Origin: Phoronis australis
Lineage: Eukaryota > Animalia > Phoronida
Assembly: GCA_002633005.1 (NCBI GenBank)
Contig: NMRA01000962.1
Span: forward strand, 23,789 to 87,788
DNA: 64,000 nucleotides
Direction: 5' to 3'
The notes beneath the pieces were generated by a model, which was given only the letters and a program-made list of their open reading frames with translations, searched no databases and was not told where the DNA came from. The position numbers and the translations under genes were made by a program. Shown one piece after another: positions 50,886 to 63,300 of this stretch; within the stretch, counting starts at the first letter, position 1, and every line of letters starts with the position of its first letter.

Positions 50886-53740
50886 AAACTGGATTTTTTC
50901 ATTTTGTGGAAAACTTGAATTTTATTAAAACTCTAAGGTTTCTATGCGATGAAAATTAACGTTTTCAAGTTTTTAAAATTTGAACATTGTGAGATATTTA
51001 ATTTTTGGTTCGAAATTTTTCCCATTATTTTCCAACAAAAAATTATTGTTTGCTCATGCAAAACCCATCATCTCATAAAAATGTTGCCGGAATGTTTCCT
51101 TAACATTTATATAGATACAAACCATAAAACGACGAAGTTAACCTGGTTAGTACATAATTAGTGCAGTTATGTAATCATTACGGCACGTCTTTGTGAATTT
51201 AAATGTAGACGAACATCCGGTGACCAACAGCAGTAGAATGCACCCAATGTTAATCCCCTGAGACATTGACCTGGTCAGTACAATTTAATCAAGGGAACTC
51301 ATGCAATTCTTAAAAAACGTAGTTATTGTGCAAGTTTCCTTTGTGTTGAGTTGTATTCGTAAGGCAGTTTCCACCGGAAGTCAACAGTTTGAATTTTATA
51401 ACCGACAGTCAACTTCGAAGAACATGCTATGAACATTCCCACTAAATAAGATTGGTCCTAACCGGTGGGGTATGGAAAATTGAACTAGACCGTATTTATC
51501 CACCTTGGCTGAGTCGTACTCGGCTCACGATCAAAGGGATGCCGCCAAGCTGCTCTAGTCATCGAGTCACGCGAGCGAGGATAATTGGCTTCGCTCACGC
51601 GGATATGATCAGCTGATTACAATCTAGCTAGCAGACTGTACTTTTTATGGAGAGTGTTTTACGTAGTTTTTACTGTAATATTTGAAAGGAGGAGCGAAAA
51701 CAAATATGAGTACAACTTTGAATTTTTCAAATCGGCCCAGGATAAGAGATTTTGCAACACAGCAACACTCACGATTACTTTCATTCGGCGCGCACTAATA
51801 CAAAAATATAGGACCCAAGTTATTTAGATTTTGGAACACATGCATTGCAATATTCAAAATACTTTTATTATGAATCTTACAAGCTGTAAAACGACGTTGT
51901 TAATTTCATTGTGTTCATTCATTGTCATCCGTCAAATCGGCAATTTCCGAGANTATATTACTACGAGCAGAGCCAGCAAGAAGACATTTCAGAAGTTTTG
52001 GAAGTCAGGTTAGTGCCAGAGAGCGTTCTAAAATCGATTGGCCACAATCGGTGCTGTGATTTCCAACGAACGTGTTAAGTTCAGTTGTTATTGTCACAAT
52101 GTCAGCCACTCACGAGTCACGTTGTCACATACCGGCATGGACTCATTCTGTGTGTGAATTTTTTAAACTTCTAACGCGTAATATACTTCTGGAGGTCCAT
52201 CAGAGGAAGCCATAACGTTCACATAAGGCTATATTACTCTAATATATTTCTGTCTTCTGAGGTTGTGTCAGAGTGATCAATGCAAGGGGGGTGGGAACTA
52301 CCAAGGCAAAGTGTAATCACTTCCCAAGTTGGGTATATTTGGCATTGGTTGTGTGTGCTTATGTCCATGTTCGTAGTAATTCTTGAAAGCTCCTGATTTT
52401 GAAATCTCATATCACTACAGGTCATTAATTTGCAAGGTTCACTTGCCTCACCCTTACAAAAATGAACTTAAGTTTTCATCGAAAAACTTAAGTTTTTGGT
52501 CTGAAAAACTTAAGTTTTCATTCACAAACTTAAGTTTTCTTGACTTCTTAAGTTTTTCAGAAAACTGGATTTTTTTCATTTGTGGTAAACTTGAATTTTC
52601 TTAAAACTCTCAGGTTTCTATGTGATGAAAATTTACGTTTTCAAGTTTTTAAAATTTGAACATTGTGAGATATTTAATTTTTGGTTCGAAAATTTTCCCA
52701 TTATTTTCCAACAAAAAATTATTGTTTGCTCATGCAAAACCCATGATGTCAAAAAAATGTTGCCCGAATGTTTCCTTCACATTTATATAGATACAAATAC
52801 CATAAAACGACGAACGTTTAACCTGGTCAGTACAGAATTAGTGCAGTTATGTAATATCATTACGGCACGTCTTTGTGAATTTAAATATAGACGAACATCC
52901 GGTGACCAACAGCAGTAAGAATGCACCCAATGTTAATCCCCTGAGACACTAACCTGGTCAGTACAATGTAATCAATGGAACTCATGCAATTCTTTAAAAA
53001 AACGTAGTTATTGTGCAAGTTTCCTTTGTGTTGAGTTGTATTCGTAAGGCAGTTTCCACCGGAAGTCAGGAGTTCGAATTTTATAACCGACAGTCAACTT
53101 CGAAGAAAAAGTCGTGTGTTGGCTAGCCCGCAACAATGAAGTTGATATTACTACGAGCAGAGCCAGCAAGAAGTCATTTCAGAAGTTTTGGAAGTCAGGT
53201 TAGTGCCAGAGAGCGCTCTAAAATCGATTGGCCACAATCGGTGCTGTGATTTCTAACGAACGACGTGTTCAGTTCAGTTGTTATTGTCAGCCACTCACGA
53301 GTCACGCTGTCACATACCGACATGGACTCATTCTGTGTGTGAATTATCGAAATTTCTAACGCGTAATATACTTCTGGAGGTCCATCAGAGGAAGCCATAA
53401 CGTTCACATAAGGCTATTACTCTATTATATTTCTGTCTTCTGAGGTTGTGTCAGTGTGATCAATGCAAGGGGGGGAACTACCAAGGCAAAGTGTAATCAT
53501 TTCCCAAGTTGGGTACCTTGGCATTGGTTGTGTGTGCTTATGTCTATGTTCGTNGTTGCGTCAGTGTGATCAATGCAAGGGGGGGGGGACTACCAAGGCA
53601 AAGTGTAATCATCTCCCAAGTAGGGTATATTGACATTGGTTGTGTGTGCTTATGTCTATGTTCGTAGTAATTCTTGGAAGCTCCTGATTTGAAATCTCAT
53701 ATCACTAAAGGTCAATAATTTGCAAGGTTCACTTGCCTCA
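50504..53740 (+). repeat. Tandem duplication of a ~1.3-1.9-kb unit starting at CCCTTAC
   Basis: 50850-51420 matches 52525-53105, and 51954-52450 matches 53146-53740; N joins at 51953 and 53554. Confidence 0.8.
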
Positions 53741-54942
53741 TCCACGCACCAATCCTAAAATATGGGGGGTGCTCAAATTTTTGGGCATGTTGACCTTTTA
53801 CTAAAAAAAACGTGGTATGTTCAGAGCTGTGCACAGTGCATTCCTGAATTACAAATTTCTACTGCACTCGTGTCTCGTTTTCTCAATTCTTTTTGTTTCT
53901 ACGAGGCTGACCTTTTCATGCCCACTACGGCAAGTGGGCGGTGCTCGTTCGAGCCTCCCCTTGTTGCGCTTATGTGCCTGGTTCTCAAAAATAAGAATAA
54001 CCAATGTAACTATTGTATTGCCTATTTTGAGTGATTTGCTCAGGTTTGTCGGGAGGATCTAGGTTATTGAATGCGAAAGGACATCCCGATCCCACTACTA
54101 GTACCCTATCTGGAACACCCCCGGCATAGGTCACAATGTACCCAAGTGAACTCTCACCAGTCAACATGTTAACTATTGTTAAGCCCAGTGAAACGTGCAT
54201 AATTCTTATCTAATTGCACCAAATAATTCAATGCAAATAAGGAAAATCTGTGTGATTTGACTTTGGGATTGAGTATGTGCTTTCAAATTTTTACCGGGTT
54301 GTGGAATACTAGAATGTTGCAAAAGTTTGCATATTCAAATTCAATGCGAGTTCGACTGGTTTTATTGAAATCAATTATTTCAGTGTCATGGTGAAAGTGA
54401 TAGTTAATCTGGGTAACACTTTACCTAGGAGTTGAGTTGAGTTGAATATGGACTGACTAGAATGATCTCCCCATGTCTGTAAGGGCATATTCTTTTCCCT
54501 CTAGAAATTTGCTTGGAACCTCAATTAAATATCTTTGCAAATGCCAGCCAGTAAAGTGATTGGTAGGAGTACAGGATATAGTGTTTTTTATGTTTACTGT
54601 AGTACATGAGATAATGATTTTATTTTTACTGTAAACTATTATGGTTACATAAGACTTCTCGTGAAGACCATTCCAGTATCTTCAATGGTGGATTCAGAGG
54701 ACAGCTAAGGGGCCGTGGCCTCGGCCCCCTAAAACGCTACAACATCAATTGGCAGTTGGGGGGCAGGGGGTGAATGTCTGATGGGCAAAACGCTACTCTG
54801 CCCCAACCCCCCAACTCAAAATCCTGGACCCCCCACCGCCCCTGATCTTTACATGGATGGCATTCCCTGTAAATGGGTTATGTCTGGATTCTTAAGAAGC
54901 TATCACATACTGTTATGTTTGCTAATATCTCATTATTTTCAG

Positions 54943-55033
54943 GTCTCTTTTAACTTGGCAGAGTACTTGGAAGAACTAGACATCCAAACATTTGCATCGA
55001 AACAATCACCCAGGGATGGTATCGACATGGCAG
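54943..55033 (+). CDS. Candidate internal exon (91 bp) of an unidentified gene
   Basis: Acceptor ttattttcag, donor CAG|GTAGAG; VSFNLAEYLEELDIQTFASKQSPRDGIDMA. Confidence 0.35.
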
Positions 55034-55563
55034 GTAGAGCTTCATATGTTTCATTGTTGAGTTAAAAATAGTGCTGCTATCAGGGTTTGAATTTGAAACA
55101 ATATGAAATATGTCCTTGGTTTAGCCAATGGGCTTATAATCTTTAACAAGCTCACTGATTCTTGTAGCCATTTGGTCAAGTCAATGTAAAGCTTCTTGGT
55201 TTTGCTATAAGTTTCAAAAAGTACACGCGGAAGTATACATGTCAGATTAAACTTTCAGTTCTAACCCTGGTTATGCCGGCTAAATGACCATGAAACATTA
55301 GTAAGAAGTTCTATGCTGGCTGGAGTCAGCTAGTTAGAATACAACTAGCTCTGCTCATTATGTAGAGTTGTGTATTTATTATCAGATTAACGAATTAAAC
55401 AATGAAAAGTTCTTAAAAATAATGGGAATTGTAGTTTATTGAAGTTGCCAACAGTTTCATCATTTGATAAAAATATTAATTAATTTGTCATAGAACTTGA
55501 ACTGAAAAGTTGCAGAATAAGATACCTGGTTAGCCTCAAGTCCAACTTTTATTAACACATTAA

Positions 55564-56510
55564 AGTGTACACAACATGACTCTAGTACCTCAAAATAAAT
55601 TTTATTATTATATCTTACTTGATTTCAGTGCCTTTAGTGCACAGCTCATAAAGAAACACGCAAAAATTGAAAAAAATAATAATTGGGTTGAACCCAAGTC
55701 GTTCGCAATACCGTTCGGATCAGAGACAAAGTGTATAGAGTAAAGAGAATGCAAAGTACATTTAGCGTCGAGAAGGTTCGTAGAGGGATCAAAAGATGTT
55801 TCCGGAGGCTGCAGCAACAGCAGCCAGGCGGAAAACGTCTCGCTGTTCCGAAGGACACCAAAGTTGCGCAGAAGTGGCATGACTTCGTGCGCCGAACGAG
55901 AGTGTGGGACGTCATCGTGGACCAAGCGATTCGGTCCGGGGCCACTCTGTGTTCTGCCCACTTTGAGGACTCATGTTTCGACTCCAGTCACATGAGACGT
56001 TACGATGAAGGCCTGGTTCAATAAAGGACAATATTTATCATTCAGAAACATCAGCTCTTAATTCAGGATCGTCTGTTGGATGACTGGGTTGACTCGCCGA
56101 GCCCGAGGCCGCTTCTCTCGCGGGAGGATCCAGTTCATAAGGCTCAAAGTAGAAAAGTACGCAGCCGGAAGCACATTAAACTTGTTCTCGCTTTCGTGCA
56201 ACCCCATTTCCTCATCCTGGCCACCATTCCCATACGTTTCTTCATAGTATTCGTTCAATTCTTGCTCTTAATCGTCGTCACTTTCAAATTCCCTGGTCTC
56301 CGCCATTGTTCAATGCTAGTCACTGATCTCTTGTGTTCAACCCATGACGTCACATGGCGGGAAATGTGAAAATTGGCAAAATTGAAAGAAAAATCAAAAT
56401 TTTGAGCTAATTACACAAAATAAACATGGGTTTAGCTAAATTTTACGTCATACATTTAGTCTGTGGCCACCGGTAATTCAAAATGTGCAAAAATGCATGG
56501 TGTGTACTGT
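55564..56510 (+). mobile_element. Kolobok-like non-autonomous DNA transposon with THAP remnant
   Basis: TTAA|AGTGTACACAACATG ... CATGGTGTGTACTGT|TTAA; internal KRC...VPKDTKVAQKWHDFVRRTR...TLCSAHFEDSCF (55788-55980). Confidence 0.75.
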
Positions 56511-56896
56511 TTAAGTTTTGTCATATGCACAGTTTGTTCTAGATTGTGATAGTATGATAGGTGACCGTGTGCATGTTTTGTATTCAAGTTGTATAGGATA
56601 AAATCATTTTGAATGTCGCGAATCCAGGATTAAAACTTCATTCAAAACAGTATGTGGAAAACTGACCCACTGCAGTGAATGCTTGAAGTAAACTTGCAGA
56701 CTAGTCTTGCACTTGAATCCTGGAGAGTAATTGGTTAAATTTTGAGTTTGAAGACTATTCTAGGCTCTGTATATGAGTCAGGAAGTTTTACAAATCAGTG
56801 TTGTATAAACAGCACGATAAATATCCAGCAAGTTAAATTGTCTTATACTGATAGCTTTTACCCGTCTGTTATTAAAATGTGTTGTCTTTATTGCAG

Positions 56897-56997
56897 AGTG
56901 TGCCGTCAACAATCGTTGGATAAGGAAGGCTACCCAGACAATGCAACGTACGCACTTACGAACTGCAGCTCATGAACCTATGAATTCAGTTGTCTGA
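56897..56997 (+). CDS. Candidate terminal coding exon, phase-compatible with 54943-55033
   Basis: Acceptor tctttattgcag; (E)CAVNNRWIRKATQTMQRTHLRTAAHEPMNSVV*. Confidence 0.3.
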
Positions 56998-57101
56998 GCT
57001 CAGAAACGTGTGTCTGTAGTCACAAAACATGGATTATTTGCCTGTGAAGCTAAGCGAGCAGATCCAGCTAAAGAAGATTAAGTGGCTTGTGGTCTACCAT
57101 A

Positions 57102-57598
57102 GGGCCCTTTCACATTGACTTAACTCTTGTCTGAGCGGAGCATCGGCGTATACTGCGAAGTTAACTGGACCGTTTATTTTGGCTTCGGTAGTTAATGAAC
57201 TTCGAAGTAAAAAGTAGGTGACGCTGTCGGGATTGAAGGTATCGCAAAGTAGCACTGCACGCTAAGATGTGACAACTTGGGAACATTTGCATGTGTTAAT
57301 TGACATAAAACTTATTTTTAAATTGATTGGTGATTATTAGAGCAAGGTATAAGCAACTATTAGCTATCACACTACTATGCAATTGTTGATGATAACAATG
57401 GCCTCTGGCAATAACTTCAATAGGACTGAAGTTGATAGTTTATACTGTTTGGCAGCGTTGACGCTAAGCAATTAAATCCGCTTGTTTAGTGCGAAGTTAA
57501 CTGGCGCTGTTAACTTCCTTCCAGGACCAAAGTTTAAGCGTTCATACTGACATTAACTCCCAAAAACTTGGACGCGTTGATGTTAGTATGAAAGGCCC
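57102..57598. mobile_element. PIF/Harbinger-like MITE
   Basis: TIRs GGGCCCTTTCACATTGAC / GTTAGTATGAAAGGCCC, TA-rich flanks; internal repeated GCGAAGTTAACTGG. Confidence 0.65.
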
Positions 57599-58489
57599 TA
57601 TATGTGTATGAAGTTCAGTAGCTTTAAATTAAAGGAAAATGAATATTTTTGTGGTCAAAGGTCTAAGTTTTCTAATTTCCATCTCATACAACCAGGTTGT
57701 ACTTAGGGTTACTTTAAGTGAAACTTGATCGCACCATGGAGTGTATTGGATTTACTGTTATTATGGTTGTCAACAAAACGAAACGTTGACTATTAAATTG
57801 ATATTTTTAAGGTTGCAAACAATTATAGGTGATTCTAGGCACTATTTCTAGCATAAGAATTGTACTTCCCAAAATCAGACCTGTGGCCATAGTCGATAAA
57901 CTTTTAGTTACCTGTTACGTTTTATGTTATGCTTTTGTCTCTGCAGATATTCTTGGATTTTGCATATTAAGTGATTTATTATTCTTGGTGTCATTGCTGT
58001 AATTTTAGTTGACAAAGTCTGCTGTTGAAATGTAGACTTTTGTTGTAGTCCTTCGCGGGTATGTAATCACATTTTCTTTCGTTGTGTTTCATGATGTGGT
58101 AGTGATTCCTCTGTTTGTACATTCCATTTTGCTCCCTCAGTTATCGCATAATTGTCATAGACTGAAACGATGCAAATAATGAATATATTATTAGCCTCAT
58201 TTAGTTTTCACTGCATTGTATGCATGACACTTGATGAACTGATTTTTGAAATGTTTCTGGTTTTTAAGATTTTGATATTTCACTTATGTTCACTTATTTT
58301 AAGGAAGTAGTGTATTTTAGGAAGTGCATTTTATTTTCTGCAATTAATCACTGTTAATGAAATGTTAATAGAACTCTAGTTTGTTAAATCTTGATGAGAA
58401 TCATTAAATTTGTTACTGTACTCCACTCTTGTTTTAGTGAAAGTCGAAATTTTTGAATGTCTGTCCTATAGAAACTTATTGCTTCTAGA

Positions 58490-58871
58490 ACACTTCAGTT
58501 TTCAAAAGTTAGTTCCTTGAAAACTTATGTTCGGAAAACTTAGTTTTCAAAAACTTAAATTTTGATGACTTATGTTTGTTACTAAAAACTTGTTCCAAAA
58601 CTTAAGTTTTTCAAAAACATAAGTTTCTGAAACTTAAGTTTTCCAAAACTTAAGTATTTTGGAACAAGTTTTTTTGGAACGAACTTAAGTTTTTAAAACT
58701 TAAGTTTTCAGAAAACTTAAGTTTTTGAAAAACTTAAGTTTTCAGAACTTAAGTTTTTGAAAACTTAAGTTATGAAAACTTAAGTTCGTTCCAAAAAACT
58801 TGTTCCAAAGTACTTAAGTTTTCGACAAAAACAAGTTTTTCGATGAAAACTTAAGTTCATTTTTGTAAGGG
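58490..58871 (-). repeat. Inverted AAAACTTAAGTTTT array ending in CATTTTTGTAAGGG (right terminus)
   Basis: Exact reverse complement of the CCCTTACAAAAATGAACTTAAGTTTT terminus at 50504 and 52451. Confidence 0.8.
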
Positions 58872-60186
58872 AAGAGCAAACAAAAGGCCTGGTTGTTTGT
58901 TCTTGTAAATTATGCAGTGGGACAATTGAATTCCAGGATTTAACTGGAATTAAATGTGACCAGGTGATTTTTTTTAGTTTCAGTTGCATAACCAAAGCAA
59001 ACGGTGCAAAAAGTGATGGTGTGTGCGTGTGCGCGCATGTGTGGAGGCATTAATTTGTACAATTTGGTAATTAGGGCTAGCTAGGCTTCTGAGGAGGGGA
59101 AAGTGCAAACATTATTTGAAGATAGAAAACCTATTTTGGAAATTCATTGTTTTGTCATGAATTCAATATCGCTGAGTTTAAAGTGCATTGAACTCACACA
59201 ACCTGAATCACAAATATGTGGGCTTATTTTCGACTCACGAGTGGTTATGTACATGCAGTATGCAGTGGTGGATCTTGAATGTAGGAGAAAGAGAGTGAAA
59301 CCACACATATCTGAAGGCAAAGGTCCACGTGCATTCCAAGCGGTCTCTGAAGGGGGCCCATGCACAATCATAAAGGAATAGGAGTGTAATGCCCAAAAGG
59401 TGGCGGCGCCTTTTAGTTGCCCATGGGGTGTGTCCACGGGGGCCTTCGCTACCCCCTTAATCCACCTATGGTAAATGTGACACCGTAGCTGTTTTTTGTC
59501 TTGAATTAATAAAAGGTCCATTACTCGGCGAACATGTCTGGTGATCACACGCGCCAAAATATTCGGCAACAAATGCTGTCAGCGAAGCGCATTGGTGCTG
59601 TAAAGTATCATATCGAGACTACGCCCCACTTTCCGTCACGGTGCGTAGACGCTACGTCACAGTGAAAAACGGCGGTTGCTGCGGTAAAATGTAAAACGGT
59701 TGTTGGCGTCAACTACGTGTGCTTACGCTCCACTCTACCGTAACTTACAGTGGGTAGGTGCTACATTGAAAGGCAAAAGGGTGGCTACCTGCGCCTTGAC
59801 GTGCGCCTACGCCCCACTATACAGCAAACCAGAAGAAAGTTGGCTAGGAATAAATCAATCGCTATTTTAAGTACTGCATCATTGAACGTTCTTGTTGAAA
59901 ATTGTGTGTACTTTGTTATTGGTTGTGTTATGTATTTTGTGGCTTGACGTGTAATAATTGCATGCAAGGTGATTTCAATATTGCCTTCGGCTAGGTTTCA
60001 CTGTTTACCTCACGGGTTGTTCTTTTTTATGCCTTTCTCACTTGTATCTCGTTGACCTCAGATTGATGCAATTAACGTCTAGTGAAATTCGGTTGACACA
60101 ATTTGATGTCTAAGTGTTATACTTTATGATAGTTACAGGAATCCCAGGTGCAAGGGGGGGGGGGCATATGTATATGATTGCTATGC

Positions 60187-60389
60187 ATGTCTGTGCTGAA
60201 GCAAAACCTTAAGAATGCAGCAGCAGTTCTACCTGACGCAAACAAAATGTTTGAATGGACACTTCCTTAAAAGTTTTTCAAATTGAATATGGTGTTGTAT
60301 TGAACGTAACGCGAATGTGGAGAAAACTTTCCCGTCTTGTCTTCAAAACATGTTGCAATATCCATTATCTTGTGTCCGGTTACCTCTCA
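60187..60389 (-). repeat. ~200-bp inverted copy of 50299-50501, truncated by satellite
   Basis: tgtctgtgctgaagcaaaac...ttgcaatatccattatcttgtgt is the reverse complement of 50299-50501. Confidence 0.85.
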
Positions 60390-63300
60390 TCGATTTTCAA
60401 CCTTTAGTTTTCCGGCAATAGACGTTGAAATTGAGGAGGCGGAATCTCCGTAAAATTATCGGTTTTTCGGGGCAGGGCAAAGTCTTGCGGGGTTTTGCGC
60501 CGATTGACGAAAACCCAACAGTTGAAACTCAATGTTTCTCTTTTCCTCTACTGAGGAAGGGCCAGAGGACCTAGGAACGGAGGGGCATCGATCTTAAACG
60601 GTTACTTTTCCGGCAATAGACGTTTGAAGTGAGGAGGCGGAATCTCGGTAAAATTCTCGGTTTTTCGAGGTAGGGCACAGTCGTGCGAGTTTTGCGCCGA
60701 TTGACGAAAACCCTACTGTTGAAAGTCAAGTTTCTTTCTTTTCCTTTACTGAGGGAGGACCAGAGAACAAAGGAACGGAGGGGCATCGATTTTCAACGGT
60801 TAGTTTTCCGGCAATAGACGTTTGAGGTGAGGAGGCGGAATCTCCGTAAAATTCTCGGTTTTTCGTGTAGGGCAACGTCGTGCGGGGTTTTGAGCCGATT
60901 GACGAAAATCCAACAGTTGAAAGTCAATGTTTTTATTTTCCTCTACTGAGGGAGGGCCAGAGGACCTTGGAACGGAAGGACATCGTTTTTCAATGGTTAG
61001 TTTTTCTACAATAGACGTTTCAATGAGGAAGTGGAATTTCCGTAAAATTCTCGGTTTTTCGAGGTAGGGCAAAGTCGTGTAGGGTTTTGCGCCGATTGAC
61101 GAAAACCCAACCGTTGAAAGTCAATTTTTTTCATTTCCTTTACTGAGGGAGGGCCAGAGGACATAGGAACGGAGGGGCATCGATATCCAACGGTTAAATT
61201 TCCGGCAATAGACGTTTGGAGAGAGGAGGCGGAATCTCCGTAAAATTCTCGGTTTTGCGGGGTATTGCAAAGTCGTGCGGGTTTTGCGGCGATTGACGAA
61301 AACAAAACCTTTGGAAGTCAAGTTTTTTCATTTCCTTTACTGAGGGAGGGCCAGAGGACCTACGAACGGATGGACATTGATTATCAACAATGAGTTTTCC
61401 GGCAATAGACTTTTTAAATGAGGAGGCAGCATCTCCGTAAAAATCTCGGTTTTTCGGGTTAGGGTAAAGTGGTGCGCGGTTTTGCGCCGATTGGCGACAG
61501 ACCAACAGTTGAAAGTCAACTTTTTTTCTTTTTCGATACTGGGGAAGGGCCAGTGGACCTTGGAACGGATGGGCATCGATTTTCAACGGTTAGTTTTCCG
61601 GCAATAGACGTTTGAGGTGAGGAGGCGGAATCTCCGTAAAATTCACGGTTTTTCGGGGTATGGCAAAGTCGTGCGGGGTTTTACGCCGATTGACGAAAGA
61701 CCAACAGTTGAAAGTCAACTGTTTTTCTTTTCCTTTACTGGGGAAGGGCCAGAAGACCTAGGAACGGAGGGGCATCGATTTTCAGCGGTTAGTTTTCCGG
61801 CAATAGACTTTGGAATTGAGCAGGCGGAATCTCTGTAAAACTCCTGGTTTTTCGGGAAAGGGTAAAGTCGTGCAGGTTTGCGCCGATTGACGAAAACTCA
61901 ACCGTTGAAACTCAATTTTTGTGTTTTCCTTTACTGAGGGAGGGCCAGAGGACCTAGGAAAGGAGGGGCATCGATTTTCAACGGTTTGTTTTCCGGCAAT
62001 AGACATTTCTAGCGAAGAGGCAGAATCTCCGTAAAATTCTCGGTTTTTCGAGGTAGGGCTAAGTCGTGCGGGCATGCGCCGATTGACGAAATTCCAACGG
62101 TTGAAAGACATTTTTTTCTTTTTCCCTACTGAAGGAAGGCCAGAGAACCTAGGAACGGAGGGGCATCGAATTTCAACTGTTAGTTTTCCGGCAATAGACG
62201 TTTGAATTGAGGAGGCGGATTCTCGGTAAAGTTCTCGGTTTTTCGGGGTAGGGCAAAGTCGTGTGGCGTTTTGGTCCTCTGGCCCTCCCCCAGTAAAGGA
62301 AAAGAAAAAAAACTCGACTTTCAAATGTTTGGTTTTCGTCAATCGGCGAAAAACCCGCACGACTTTACCCAACCCCGAAAAACCGAGAACTTTACCAAGA
62401 TTCCGCCTCCTCAATTCACAAGGCTTTTTTTCGCAAAACTAACATTTGAAAATCGACGCCCTTCCGTTCCTAGGTCCTCTAGCCCTCCCTCAGTAGAGGA
62501 AAAGAAAAAAAATGGCTTTCAACGGTCGGGTTTTCGTCAATCGGCGCAAAACTCCGAACAACTTTCCCCTACCTCGAAAAACCGAGAATTTTATGGAGAT
62601 TCGCCTCCTCAGTTTAAGCGTCTAGTGCCGGAAACCTAACCGTTGAAAATCGATGCCCCTTCTTTCCTAGGTCCTCTGGCCCTTCCTCAGTAAAGGAAAG
62701 GAAAAAACTTGACATTCAACTGCTGGGTTTTCGTCAATCGTTGCAAGACCCCGCACAACTTTGCCCTACCCCAAAAATCGAGAATTTAACGGAGATACCG
62801 CCTCCTCAATTGAAACGTCTATTGTAGGAAATTTAACCGTTGGAAATGGATGCCCCTCCGTTCCTAGGTCCTGTGGCCATCCCCCAGTAAAGGAAAAGAA
62901 AAAAAAATTGACTTTCAACGGTTTGGTTTTCGTAAATCGGCTTAAAGTCCCGCACGACTTTGCCCTAACTCGAAAAATCAAGAATTTTACAGAGATTCCG
63001 CCTAATCATTTCAAACTTCTATTGCGTGAAAACTAACCGTTGAAAATCGATGCTCCTCCGTTCCTAGGTCCTTTGGCCCTCCCCCAGTAAAGAAAAAGAA
63101 AAAGAAAAAAACTTGACTTTCAACGGTTGGGTCTTCGTCAATCGGCGCAAAACCCGCACGACTTTGCCCTTCCTCGAAAAACCGAGAATTTTACCGAGAT
63201 TCCGTCTCCTCATTTCAAACGTCTATTACCGGAAAACTACCCGTTGAATGTCGATGCCCCTTCGTTCCTAGGTCCTCTGACCCTTCCTTAGTAAAGGAAA

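Noticed and set aside
53445-53665. ~105-bp local tandem duplication
   Set aside because: Junction is the N at 53554; likely a contig overlap artefact
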